Shown piece by piece: positions 12,464 to 24,199 of a stretch of DNA of 64,000 nt. The stretch is taken from assembly GCA_964016885.1 (NCBI GenBank), contig OZ024760.1:28396001-28460000 (forward strand), in the 5' to 3' direction. Under the pieces are notes generated by a model. It ran no database searches, had not been told where the DNA came from, and was given only the letters and a program-made list of their open reading frames with translations. How positions within the stretch are numbered: position 1 is the first letter of the stretch; each line of letters starts with the position of its first letter. The position numbers were made by a program, and so were the translations under genes. The stretch comes from Eledone cirrhosa. Taxonomy: Eukaryota.

Positions 12464-13599
12464 CCCTTTACATTACTCTATATATACTATTGTATTTTCA
12501 CAGTAAAGTCTTTACCTCACATAATATCTCACATAACATTTACATTACTCTATATATACTATTGTATTTTCATAGTAAAGGCTTTACCTCACATAATATC
12601 TCACATAACATTTACATTACTCTATATATACTATTGTATTTTCACAGTAAAGGCTTTACCTCACATAATATCTCACATAACATTTACATTACTCTATATA
12701 TACTATTGTATTTTCACAGTAAAGGCTTTACCTCACATAATATCTCACATAACATTTACATTACTCTATATATACTATTGTATTTTCATAGTAAAGGCTT
12801 TACCTCACATAACATTTACATTACTCTATATATACTATTGTATTTTCATAGTAAAAGCTTTACCTCACATAATATCTCACATAACATTTACATTACTCTA
12901 TATATACTATTGTATTTTCATAGTAAAAGCTTTACCTCACATAATATCTCACATAACATTTACATTACTCTATATATACTATTGTATTTTCATAGTAAAG
13001 GCTTTACCTCACATAATATCTCACATAACATTTACATTACTCTATATATACTATTGTATTTTCACAGTAAAAGCTTTACCTCACATAATATCTCACATAA
13101 CATTTACATTACTCTATATATACTATTGTATTTTCACAGTAAAGGCTTTACCTCACATAATATCTCACATAACATTTACATTACTCTATACATACTATTA
13201 TATTTTCACAGTAAAGGCTTTACCTCACATAATATCTCATATAACATTTACATTACTCTATATATACTATTGTATTTTCACAGTAAAGGCTTTACCTCAC
13301 ATAATATCTCACATAACATTTACATTACTCTATATATACTATTGTATTTTCAAGGTAAAAGCTTTACCTCACATAATATCTCACATAGCATTTACATTAC
13401 TCTATATATACTATTGTATTTTCATAGTAAAGGCTTTACCTCACATAATATCTCACATGATATTGAATCTATGAAATTTTGATATTATTAATTTTGAGAA
13501 CAATACCTTAACATAAGTATGAGTGGCCAGTTACAGCCGGTTTGAACAGAAAGCGCTGAGAGAATTCTGGCCGGATGTAGCCGGTTTAAATGCTAATGG
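12464..13599. mobile_element. piggyBac-like MITE with an internal 72-bp tandem expansion (about 13 units)
   Basis: TTAA-CCCTTTA...TAATGG-TTAA; unique right part matches the unexpanded copy at 30423-30641. Confidence 0.8.
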
Positions 13600-13739
13600 T
13601 TAATATAATTAACCCTTTCTTTCTAACAAAAGACTGGATATGATTTTCACACCATTTTAATAATAGTCGTAGATGGAACATAACTTTACAACGGTTCTGA
13701 CATAATTATTGAATTGGAATTATAAATTCCAAGAGGACA

Positions 13740-14140
13740 AAAAGGCAGAGAAAAAGAATGGGTGGAGGAGAGGGGGAGGGGGGGGAGAGGAGAAGAGGAG
13801 AGATAGGGAGAGGAGGGGGGGAGAAGGGGAGATGGGGAGGAGTGAGAGCAGAGTAGGGTAGAGAAGGAGGAGAGGAAAAGAGAGGGGTGATAGGAGAAGA
13901 GAGGAGAGGAGAGAAGAGGGGAGAGGGGGAGGAAGAGAAGGGAGATGAGAGGAGGAAGAGAGGGGAGTTGAGAGGAGAAGAGGGGAGAGAGGGAGGGAAG
14001 GAGGAAGAGAGGGGGAAGGGAGAAGGAAGAGGGGGAGAGGAGAGTGAGGGAGAGGGGGGGATAAGAGGGGAGAGTGGGAGAAAGGAGGAGAGGGTGAGGA
14101 GAGAGGAGAGAAGAGGAGGAGGAGCAGGAGAGAGGGCGAG
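13740..14140. repeat. Polypurine (GA-rich) low-complexity tract
   Basis: Almost only G and A for about 400 nt, next to the donor at 14152. Confidence 0.9.
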
Positions 14141-14151
14141 TAATATGTGAC

Positions 14152-14315
14152 CTTTGAGAGGCAGGTCACCTCTGTGGAGTGGTTGTAGAGTTTAGAGAGG
14201 TCAACTTTATTTTCCTCCATTGGTTGGTCAGACAAAAGTTGTTGAATGGAGTTGAGACACTTCTTCATGTCCAGAATATTGTTCAGTTCTTGGTATTTGT
14301 GTTTGAAAGGCACAT
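14152..14315 (-). CDS. MYSM1: MYSM1 penultimate exon: YVPFKHKYQEL...EVTCLSK
   Basis: tacag acceptor, which is the innermost unit of the 41-bp array; weak gtcaca donor; 164 nt, phase 1 to 0. Confidence 0.82.
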
Positions 14316-17300
14316 CTGTAATAAATTAGGGGACAGAATATATTTGAAAGGCACATCTGTAATAAATTAGGGGACAAAATATATTTGAAAGGCTCATCTG
14401 TAATAAATTAGAGGACAGATTATATTTGAAAGGCTCATCTGTAATAAATTAGGGGACAAAATATATTTGAAAGGCACATCTGTAATAAATTAGAGGACAG
14501 AATATATTTGAAAGGCTCATCTGTAATAAATTAGGGGACAGAATATATTTGAAAGGCTCATCTGTAATAAATTAGGGGACAATATATTTGAAAGACATCT
14601 GTAATAAATTAGGGGACAGAATATATTTGAAAGGCTCATCTGTAATAAAAAGGGGACAGAATATATTTGAAAGGCTCATCTGTAATAAATTAGAGGACAG
14701 AATATATTTTAAAGGCACATCTGTAATAAATTAGGGGACAAAATATATTTGAAAGGCACATCTGTAATAAATTAGGGGACAGAATATATTTGAAAGGCAC
14801 ATCTATAATAAATTAGGGGACAGAATATATTTGAAAGGGCTCATCTGTAATAAATTAGGGGACAGAATATATTTGAAAGGCAAATCTGTAATAAATTAAG
14901 GGACAGAATATATTTGAAAGGCTCATCTGTAATAAATTAGGGGATAGAATATATTTGAACAGCGCATCTGTAATAAATTAGGGGACAGAATATATTTGAA
15001 AGGCTCATCTGTAATAAATTAGGGGACAGAATATATTTGAAAGGCACATCTGCAATAAATTAGGGGACAGAATATATTTGAAAGGCTCATCTGTAATAAA
15101 TTAGTGGACAGAATATATTTGAAAGGCACATCTGTAATAAATTAGGGGACAGAATATATTTGAAAGGCTCATTTGTAATAAATTATAGGACAGAATATAT
15201 TTGAAAGGCACATCTATAATAAATTAGGAGAGAGAATATATTTGAAAGGCACATCTATAATAAATTAGGGGACAGAATATATTTGAAAGGCTCATCTGTA
15301 ATAAATTAGGGGACAGAATATATTTGAAAGGCACATTTGTTATAAATTAGGGGACAGAATATATTTGAAAGGCTCATCTGTAATAAATTAGGGGACAGAA
15401 TATATTTGAAAGGCTCATCTGTAATAAATTAAGGGATGGAATATATTTGAAAGGCTCATCTGTAATAAATTAAGGGACAGAATATATTTGAAAGGCACAT
15501 CTGTAATAAATTAGGGGACAGAATATATTTGAAAGGCTCATCTATAATAAATTAGGGGATAGAATATATTTGAACAGTGCATCTGTAATAAATTAGGGGA
15601 CAGAATATATTGGAAAGGCTCATCTGTAATAAATTAGGGGACAATATATTTGAAAGGCACATCTGTAATAAATTAGGGGACAGAATATATTTGAAAGGCA
15701 CATCTGTAATAAATTAGAGGACAATATATTTGAAAGGCACATCTGTAATAAATTAGGGGACAGAATATATTTGAAAGGCTCATCTGTAATAAATTAGGGG
15801 ACAAAATATATTTGAAAGGCTCATCTGTAATAAATTAGAGGACAGATTATATTTGAAAGGCACATCTGTAATAAATTAGAGGACAGAATATATTTGAAAG
15901 GCTCATCTGTAATAAATTAGGGGACAGAATATATTTGAAAGGCTCATCTGTAATAAATTATGGGACAATATATTTGAAAGACATCTGTAATAAATTAGGG
16001 GACAGAATATATTTGAAAGGCTCATCTGTAATAAAAAGGGGACAGAATATATTTGAAAGGCTCATCTGTAATAAATTAGAGGACAGAATATATTTTAAAG
16101 GCACATCTGTAATAAATTAGGGGACAGAATATATTTGAAAGGCACATCTATAATAAATTAGGGGACAGAATATATTTGAAAGGGCTCATCTGTAATAAAT
16201 TAGGGGACAGAATATATTTGAAAGGCAAATCTGTAATAAATTAAGGGACAGAATATATTTGAAAGGCTCATCTGTAATAAATTAGGGGATAGAATATATT
16301 TGAACAGCGCATCTGTAATAAATTAGGGGACAGAATATATTTGAAAGGCTCATCTGTAATAAATTAAGGGACAGAATATATTTGAAAGGCACATCTGCAA
16401 TAAATTAGGGGACAGAATATATTTGAAAGGCTCATCTGTAATAAATTAGTGGACAGAATATATTTGAAAGGCACATCTGTAATAAATTAGGGGACAGAAT
16501 ATATTTGAAAGGCTCATTTGTAATAAATTATAGGACAGAATATATTTGAAAGGCACATCTATAATAAATTAGGAGAGAGAATATATTTGAAAGGCACATT
16601 TGTTATAAATTAGGGGACAGAATATATTTGAAAGGCTCATCTGTAATAAATTAGGGGACAGAATATATTTGAAAGGCTCATCTGTAATAAATTAAGGGAT
16701 GGAATATATTTGAAAGGCTCATCTGTAATAAATTAAGGGACAGAATATATTTGAGAGGCTCATCTGTAATAAATGAGCGGACAGAATATATTTGAAAGGC
16801 CATCTGTTATAAATTAGGGGACAGAATATATTTGAAAGGCTCATCTGTAATAAATTAGAGGACAGAATATATTTGAAAGGCACATCTGTATTAAATTAGG
16901 GGACAGAATATATTTGAAAGGCTCATCTGTAATAAATTAGGGGACAGAATATATTTGAAAGGCTAATCTGTAATAAATTAGGGGACAGAATATATTTGAA
17001 AAGCACATCTGTAATAAATTAGGGGACAAAATATATTTGAAAAGCACATCTGTAATAAATTAGGGGACAGAATATATTTGAAAGGCACATTTGTTATAAA
17101 TTAGGGGACAGAATATATTTGAAAGGCTCATCTGTAATAAATTAGGGGACAGAATATATTTGAAAGGCTCATCTGTAATAAATTAGGGGACAGAATATAT
17201 TTGAAAGGCACATCTGTAATAAATTAGGGGGCAGAATATATTTGAAAGGCTCATCTGTAATAAATTAGGGGATAGAATATATTTGAACAGCGCATCTGTA

Positions 17301-19190
17301 ATAAATTAGGGGACAGAATATATTTGAAAGGCACATCTGTTATAAATTAGGGGACAGAATATATTTGAAAGGCTCATCTGTAATAAATTATGGGACAAAA
17401 TATATTTGAAAGGCACATCTGTAATAAATTAGGGGACAGAATATATTTGAAAGGCACATCTGCAATAAATTAGGGGACAGAATATATTTGAAAGGCTCAT
17501 CTGTAATAAATTAGTGGACAGAATATATTTGAAAGGCACATCTGCAATAAATTAGGGGACAGAATATATTTGAAAGGCTCATCTGTAAGAAATTAAGGGA
17601 TGGAATATATTTGAAAGGCTCATCTGTAATAAATTAAGGGACAGAATATATTTGAGAGGCTCATCTGTAATAAATGAGCAGACAGAATATATTTGAAAGG
17701 CCATCTGTTATAAATTAGGGGACAGAATATATTTGAAAGGCTCATCTGTAATAAATTAGGGGACAGAATATATTTGAAAGGCACATCTGCAATAAATTAG
17801 GGGACAGAATATATTTGAAAGGCTCATCTGTAATAAATTAGTGGACAGAATATATTTGAAAGGCACATCTGTAATAAATTAGAGGACAGAATATATTTGA
17901 AAGGCACATCTGTATTAAATTAGGGGACAGAATATATTTGAAAGGCTCATCTGTAATAAATTAGGGGACAGAATATATTTGAAAGGCTAATCTGTAATAA
18001 ATTAGGGGACAGAATATATTTGAAAGGCACATCTGTAATAAATTAGGGGACAAAATATATTTGAAAAGCACATCTGTAATAAATTAGGGGACAGAATATA
18101 TTTGAAAGGCACATCTATAATAAATTAGGGACAGAATATATTTGAAAGGGCTCATCTGTAATAAATTAGGGGACAGAATATATTTGAAAGGCACATCTGT
18201 AATAAATTAGGGGACAGAATATATTTGAAAGGCTCATCTATAATAAATTAGGGGTCAGAATATATTTGATAAGCTCATCTATAATAAATTAGGGGACAGA
18301 ATATATTCGAAAGGCTCATCTGTAATAAATTAGGAGACAGAATATATTTGAAAGGCTCATCTGTAATTTATTAAGGGACAGAATATATTTGAAAGGCACA
18401 TCTGTAATAAATTAGGGGACAGAATATATTTGAAAGGCTCATCTGTAATAAATTATAGGACAGAATATATTTGAAAGGCACATCTATAATAAATTAGGGG
18501 TCAGAATATATTTGATAATCTCATCTATAATAAATTAGGGGACAGAATATATTCGAAAGGCTCATCTGTAATAAATTAGGAGACAGAATATATTTGAAAG
18601 GCTCATCTGTAATAAATTAGGGGACAGAATATATTTGAAAGGCTCATCTGTAATAAATTAAGGGACAGAATATATTTGAAAGGCACATTTGTTATAAATT
18701 AGGGGACAGAATATATTTGAAAGGCTCATCTGTAATAAATTAGGGGACAGAATATATTTGAAAGGCTCATCTGTAATAAATTAAGGGAAGGAATATATTT
18801 GAAAGGCTCATCTGTAATAAATTAACGGACAGAATATATTTGAGAGGCTCATCTGTAATAAATGAGGGGACAGAATATATTTGAAAGGCTCATCTGTTAT
18901 AAATTAGGGGACAGAATATATTTGAAAGGCTCATCTGTAATAAATTAAGGGACAGAATATATTTGAAAGGCTCATCTGTTAAAAGGTAAGGGACAGCATA
19001 TATTTGAAAGGCCCAACTGTAATAAATTAGGGGTCAGAATATATTTGAAAGGCACATCTGTAATAAATTAGGGGACAGAATATATTTGAAAGGCTCATCT
19101 GTAAGAAGTAAAGGGACAAAATATATTTGAAGGGCATATCTGTTAAAAGTTAAGGGATAGAATATATTTGAAAGGCTCATCTGTAATAAA
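14302..19190. repeat. 41-bp tandem array (about 119 units) made of the MYSM1 3' splice site and exon start
   Basis: Minus-strand unit TATTCTGTCCCCTAATTTATTACAG|ATGTGCCTTTCAAATA; period 41 (14311 to 14352); higher-order block duplication (about 14578 versus 15965). Confidence 0.95.
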
Positions 19191-19194
19191 TAGG

Positions 19195-19335
19195 TTACTA
19201 GTACTTTATTTTATTGACCCCGTAAGGTTGAAAGGCAAAGGTAACCTCGGTGGGATATGAACCCAGGATGTAAAGGGCCACGACTCTATGCTGCAAAGCA
19301 TGGCGTCTTACACTCTACCGATACTGCTAACTCAC
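19195..19335 (-). mobile_element. tRNA-headed SINE with a GCCTTTCATCCTTACGGGGTCGATAAAATAAAGTACC-type central domain
   Basis: A/B-box-like head. Related copies at about 29460-29590, 31455-31610, 36945-37042, 42855-43142, 50155-50500 and 50778-51196. Resembles the Meta/MESC domain from memory; not verified. Confidence 0.7.
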
Positions 19336-19496
19336 AATGGTTTCTAATTTAAGGACAAGGCCAGTAATTTGGAGGAGGAAGAAAGGTGATTATAGTGCCT
19401 GAAGGAGGTGAAAAACAAAGTTGACCCTTGTGTGATTTGATCAGAATGTAAAGAAGCCAGAAGAAGAAGAATGATGGGGGAAAAGCAGCAATGAAT

Positions 19497-20150
19497 AACT
19501 TCTTCTTCGCCCACTTATTCCTGAGAGTGTCATGGGGTCAGAGTCCTCAAACACTCCTTCTAGTAGGTCCTGTCAGAAGCAACTGTCTCCAACTGATCCA
19601 GCTAGACCCTCAAGTGAGACCAGCCAAGCTCATGGATGTTATCCAAACATCTTGCTCAGGGTCTACCCCTGGGTCTCCTGCCTGTTGGTTTTGGCCATAA
19701 AAGCTGTCCATATTATCAGAGCTATGATCTCTCAATTCAGAGAAGTAACAGCTCTACCTGGAGTGACTCTCTGATCTCTGAGCTACACATTTTGTCGAGT
19801 AATGTTACACCAAAGACCCTTCGGAGGAACCCCATTTTGTCCACTTGTATTCGCGATCGTACTCTTTCAGTCATTACCCAAAATTCATGACCATAGGTAA
19901 GGGTTGACACAAAAACTGCCTCCCTTCTTCTGATTACTGAATGCTGAAGCTGGTGCATTACTGCACCAGCTTTTGTAATACTTGGACTTAACTCAGCCTC
20001 CTGCCTTCCATCACTCATGAACACAACCCTGAGATACTTGAACTTCTCTACCTGCTTCAGTGGAACTCTATTCATATGTAGCATGCACTGCGCAGGCTTC
20101 CTTGAGCGGACGAGTGTCTCAGTTTTCCCAGCACTAGGCATCAAACCTAT
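19497..20150 (-). mobile_element. RTE (Expander/Rex3-like) 3' fragment
   Basis: LKQVEKFKYL...STLTYGHEFWVMTERVRSRIQ; (GAA)n tail. Confidence 0.85.
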
Positions 20151-20173
20151 CTAGTGACCAATAACTGACTTAC

Positions 20174-20294
20174 ATTTTAAATCAGGTTCCATGCTTTCTT
20201 CAACTGTTAAACAACACATTTCTGATTGAACTTTGCCCATATATGGACTGACAATGAAAGCCACGTATTTGGATCCACCACGAGCAAACCATTC
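20174..20294 (-). CDS. MYSM1: MYSM1 exon: EWFARGGSKYVAFIVSPYMGKVQSEMCCLTVEESMEPDLK
   Basis: ttcag acceptor, gtaagt donor; 121 nt, phase 0 to 1; F.RGG.K....IVSPY end of MPN. Confidence 0.92.
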
Positions 20295-20834
20295 CTGAAA
20301 GTACAACAACATCAGCAATGTTAAAAATAGAGAGAGGAGGGCAAAAAATGTAGAGGCAAAGAGTAAGAGACTAGAGAAATAAAGTGAAACATATACAGAA
20401 TATATATACAGGCTGTAATATGTAACGGGTCCCCCTGTATTTTTGAACGAAACATCCGCTGAGAAAGCAGTTTCCTCGTTCGTCTCTTTACTAGAAGTCA
20501 GATATATTTTTTTATGTGGGCTGACAGTAATTGATTAAGGAACTGCAGAAACCCAAAAAGTTAGAATTTAACATCCTTCTAGCGGGTCTGGGTGAGTTTT
20601 TACATTCATTTAATTTATTAAATGACCCGAATTTTCCTGGTCGTTTTTTTCGGCTGTGCGAATGATTTTAGGCATCGTCGCTATGTGTTGGTATTTTAAC
20701 GATAGTTATAGCTCTGGTTTATCCAAACTATTGAGCCCTCTGCCACACATGTCGAAGATTGTTTATCGTTATTTCGTGGGCCGAGATTCTGATTCTCAAT
20801 TATTTACTTGTATATATATGTATATATAGAATAG

Positions 20835-23560
20835 ATTATATCCTTACCAGAAGACGTAACACAGTGTCTGTTGTAAACACTAAATCCCTTACCCGCCTAG
20901 AATGCACCTCCCAATATAGCCTCATAGTTAGCAACCTCATAGTCAGGACGAGACGTACTCGACAACAGAGAAGGACTACCATAAGGAGAAGAATATGGAA
21001 GTTAAAGGACTCCACAGCTAGTAATAAATTTAAAAGCATATTACTTGATGCTTTTGACAGTAAGGAAGAGCAATTAGAGACGTACAATATAGAGGAACAG
21101 TGGGAATTCCTGAAAGCTAACCTGCTGAAGGCAACAGATGAAATCTGTGGCTGGAACAGACCTATAGGCAGGAGGAGAGTAACTTGGTGGTGGAACAGTA
21201 AGTTGGAGGAGTCAATCAAGGCCAAAAAGCAGGCTTGGAAAGTATGGCGGGATGGGGGAAGTAGAGAACACTATAAGGGGGCAAGGAGGGAAGCTAGGAG
21301 ACAAGTGTACTTCGCAAGAAGGGAAGCAGAGGACCAAAAATGTGAGGTGTTCAGGATTGCTAGGCAATGTGTCAAGGAAAACCATGATATTGTCGGGGAG
21401 AAGTGTGTCCGTAATGATGATGGTGTACTTGCCATCACTGACGCTGATAAGAAGGTAGCCTGGAAGTGTCACTATGAAAGGCTACTAAATGACGAGAATA
21501 AATGGGAGAAAGACAGCCTCCCCCACATCGATCCAATAGAGGGACCAGCAGTGCAAGTCGAAGGTAGTATAATAAGTAAGGCAATCAAAGATATGAAGAC
21601 AGGCAAGGCGGCTGGGCCTTCGGAAATAGTTGCTGAAATGCTGAAAGCATCTGGAATGGTGGGACACACTATGGTCGCCCGGATAGTAAACCAAGTTATA
21701 CAGAATGGGGTCGTACCAAAGGACTGGCGTAGCAGCATCATCATTAATTAACTGCTACAAGGGTAAAGGAGATGCCCTAGATTAAATTAATTGACCAGGT
21801 CATGAAGGTCACAGAAAGAGTTATAGCGCAACTAATTAGAGACCGAATTAAGTTAGATGAAATGCAGTTCGGGTTTGTGTCAGGTAAGAGTACCACAGAC
21901 GCTCTTTTCCTTGTACGACAACTACAGGAGAAGTACCTAGCTAAAAGTAAACCCCTCTACTTAGCTTTTGTTGACTTGAAAAAGGCCTTTGACCGAGTCC
22001 CATGCCCCATTATCTGGTGGGCTCTTAGAAAACTAGGTGTAAATGAATGGCTCGTGAGAGCTATACAAGCCATGTATAAAGAAACAGTCAGCAAGGTTAG
22101 AATTAACAACGAATATAGTGAAGAGTTTAGCGTAAAAGTTGGTGTTCATCAGGGCTCTGTCCTTAGACCCCTCCTATTTATTATTGCCCTTCAGGCTATA
22201 ACAGAGGAGTTCAAGACCGGCCACCCATGGGAACTCCTATACGCAGATGACCTAACGCTCATAGCTATAGCTGAATCGATGGCTGAACTAGAGAAGAAAT
22301 TCCAAACATGGAAGCATGGCCTAGAATCAAAAGGCCTTAAAATTAACCTGTCTAAGACTAAAGTTTTAGTATGTAGGAAGGAAAATATGGCACTGGTCCC
22401 CTCTGGGAAATGGACATGCTCAGTGTGTAGGAAAGGAGTAGGCAGAAACTCCATTTTATGTCCCAAATGCAAAGTGCATAAAAGATGTAGTGGGATCACA
22501 GGTAAGCTAACTAAGAACATAGATTTTATATGTGGCCGGTGATCAGGTGCAATAAGTAGTAGCAAGTGCCCACAGGATACTAGCTCCTTCCATTGCCCAG
22601 ATGGCTCTATAGAAATAGTGGACACCTTCCGTTACCTGGGTGACAAAATCAGCAGGGGTGGAGGGTGCTCTGAAAGTACAATAGTCAGAGTAAGAATGGG
22701 ATGTTCAGAGAGCTTATACCACTATTGGCTGCTAAAGGTTTCTCTCTAAAAATGAAAGGCAGACTGTATGATGCCTGCATACGAACAACAATGTTACATG
22801 GCAGTGAGACATGGGCATTACGTGCAGAGGTCCTGCGCAGACTGGAAAGGAATGAAGCTTGCATGCTCCATTGGATGTGTAATAGTAATATACGTGAACG
22901 GCAAAGCATAAATGAACTAAGTGAGAAATTAGTAATGAGAGGGATCAGATGCTGTTTAGTTACATGATGCGCATGAAAGACGACAGCTGTATAAAAAAAG
23001 TGCAGGGCGATAAAAATAGACGGTAGCTACGGAGTAGGCAGACCCAGAAAAACCTGGGATGATTTGATAAATTCCGACCTTACACACTTACACCTTTCCA
23101 AGACAATGTCACAGGACCGAGATCTTTGGCGCTACGCAGTAATACAGAAGACCCGCCTTGCCTAAGTACAAAGTGAAACCTACAGTCAGTAGGCACCTCT
23201 TAACCAAAATACACCCCCGTCCCACCACCCCTACCCCCACCCCCATCCACACCACCCCTTTTGATGAAAAGTTATGTTGGTTCCACAACATCCAGTCCTA
23301 AATAAATGAGGTTGTGTAGGTGTCACGACAAAAAAACAGACAGTCCACGTTGTAATGTGGCCGTGTAGGTAACACGGTAAAAACCTCCCAGTCCACACTG
23401 TAAACGTGGTTGGTGTTAGGAAGGGCATCCAGCCGTAGAAAACCCGCCAGACAGTCCTATACGAGCAAGACAACCAATCTTGCCTCAAGTGGGACAATTC
23501 CTGTCCAAACCCATGCTAGCGTGGAAGATGGATGTTAAACAATGATGATGATGATGATGA
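20835..23560 (+). mobile_element. 5'-truncated, frameshifted RTE LINE (family B) with a long SINE-like 3' UTR
   Basis: ORF pieces 20759-21751, 21802-22542 (YADD, PHD-like finger) and 22701-22967 align to family A; ends in (GAT)n. Confidence 0.92.
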
Positions 23561-23607
23561 TATATATATATATACTTGTTGCTGTGCTTATAATTGTTTT
23601 GTCATTG

Positions 23608-24145
23608 ATTGGAAGAAGTTTAGGGAGCTGCTTCCTCTGCTGACGAAGAATGGTTTCTTCCTGCATACGAAAGGCCGGTTATATGATGCCTGTGTGAGGA
23701 GCGCGATACTGCATGGTAGTGAGACATGGGCTGCAACTGCAGAGGATATGCGACGGCTGGAGAGAAATGAGGCAAGCATGCTCTGTTGGATGTGCAATGT
23801 CAATGTGCGTGAATGACCCAGCATGAATGTGTTGAGAGAGAAACTGTGTCTGAGAGGGATAGAATGTAGTGTGCGAGAGAGGAGACTGCGGTGGTATGGA
23901 CATGTGATGCGCATGGAGGATGATCGATGGGTGAAGAAGTGCTAGGAAATGCCAGTTGAAGGAAGACGTGGTAGAGGTAGACCACGAAAAACATGGGCGG
24001 AGGTGGTGAGAACAGACCTCAGATCACTGAAGCTCACGGTGGAGATGACGAAGGACCGTGACAAGTGGAGAGATGCTGTGCTGAATAAGACCCGTCCCAC
24101 CCTTGCAAGGGTGTGACGGGTCTTATTCAGCACAGCATCTCTCCA
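23608..24145 (+). mobile_element. RTE family A 3' fragment ending in an 80-bp fold-back palindrome (24066-24145)
   Basis: Near-identical to the reverse complement of 3100-3596; tail replaced by an inverted copy centred on TTG|CAA. Confidence 0.9.
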
Positions 24146-24199
24146 TATATATATATAGATATATATATACACATATATACACATACATACATGTATAAT

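Noticed and set aside
12490-13482. 330-aa and 348-aa (34994-36040) repetitive ORFs
   Set aside because: Artefacts of a 72-bp unit that lacks stops in one frame; inside MITEs and antisense within MYSM1 introns.
19195-19335. A/B-box sequences as tRNA genes
   Set aside because: No cloverleaf; they continue into a SINE body and recur many times.
20420-20810. TA-flanked unique-looking segment (similar cases at 11598-11824 and 51670-52045)
   Set aside because: Probably repeat fragments, but I could not identify terminal repeats, an ORF or a ribozyme core.
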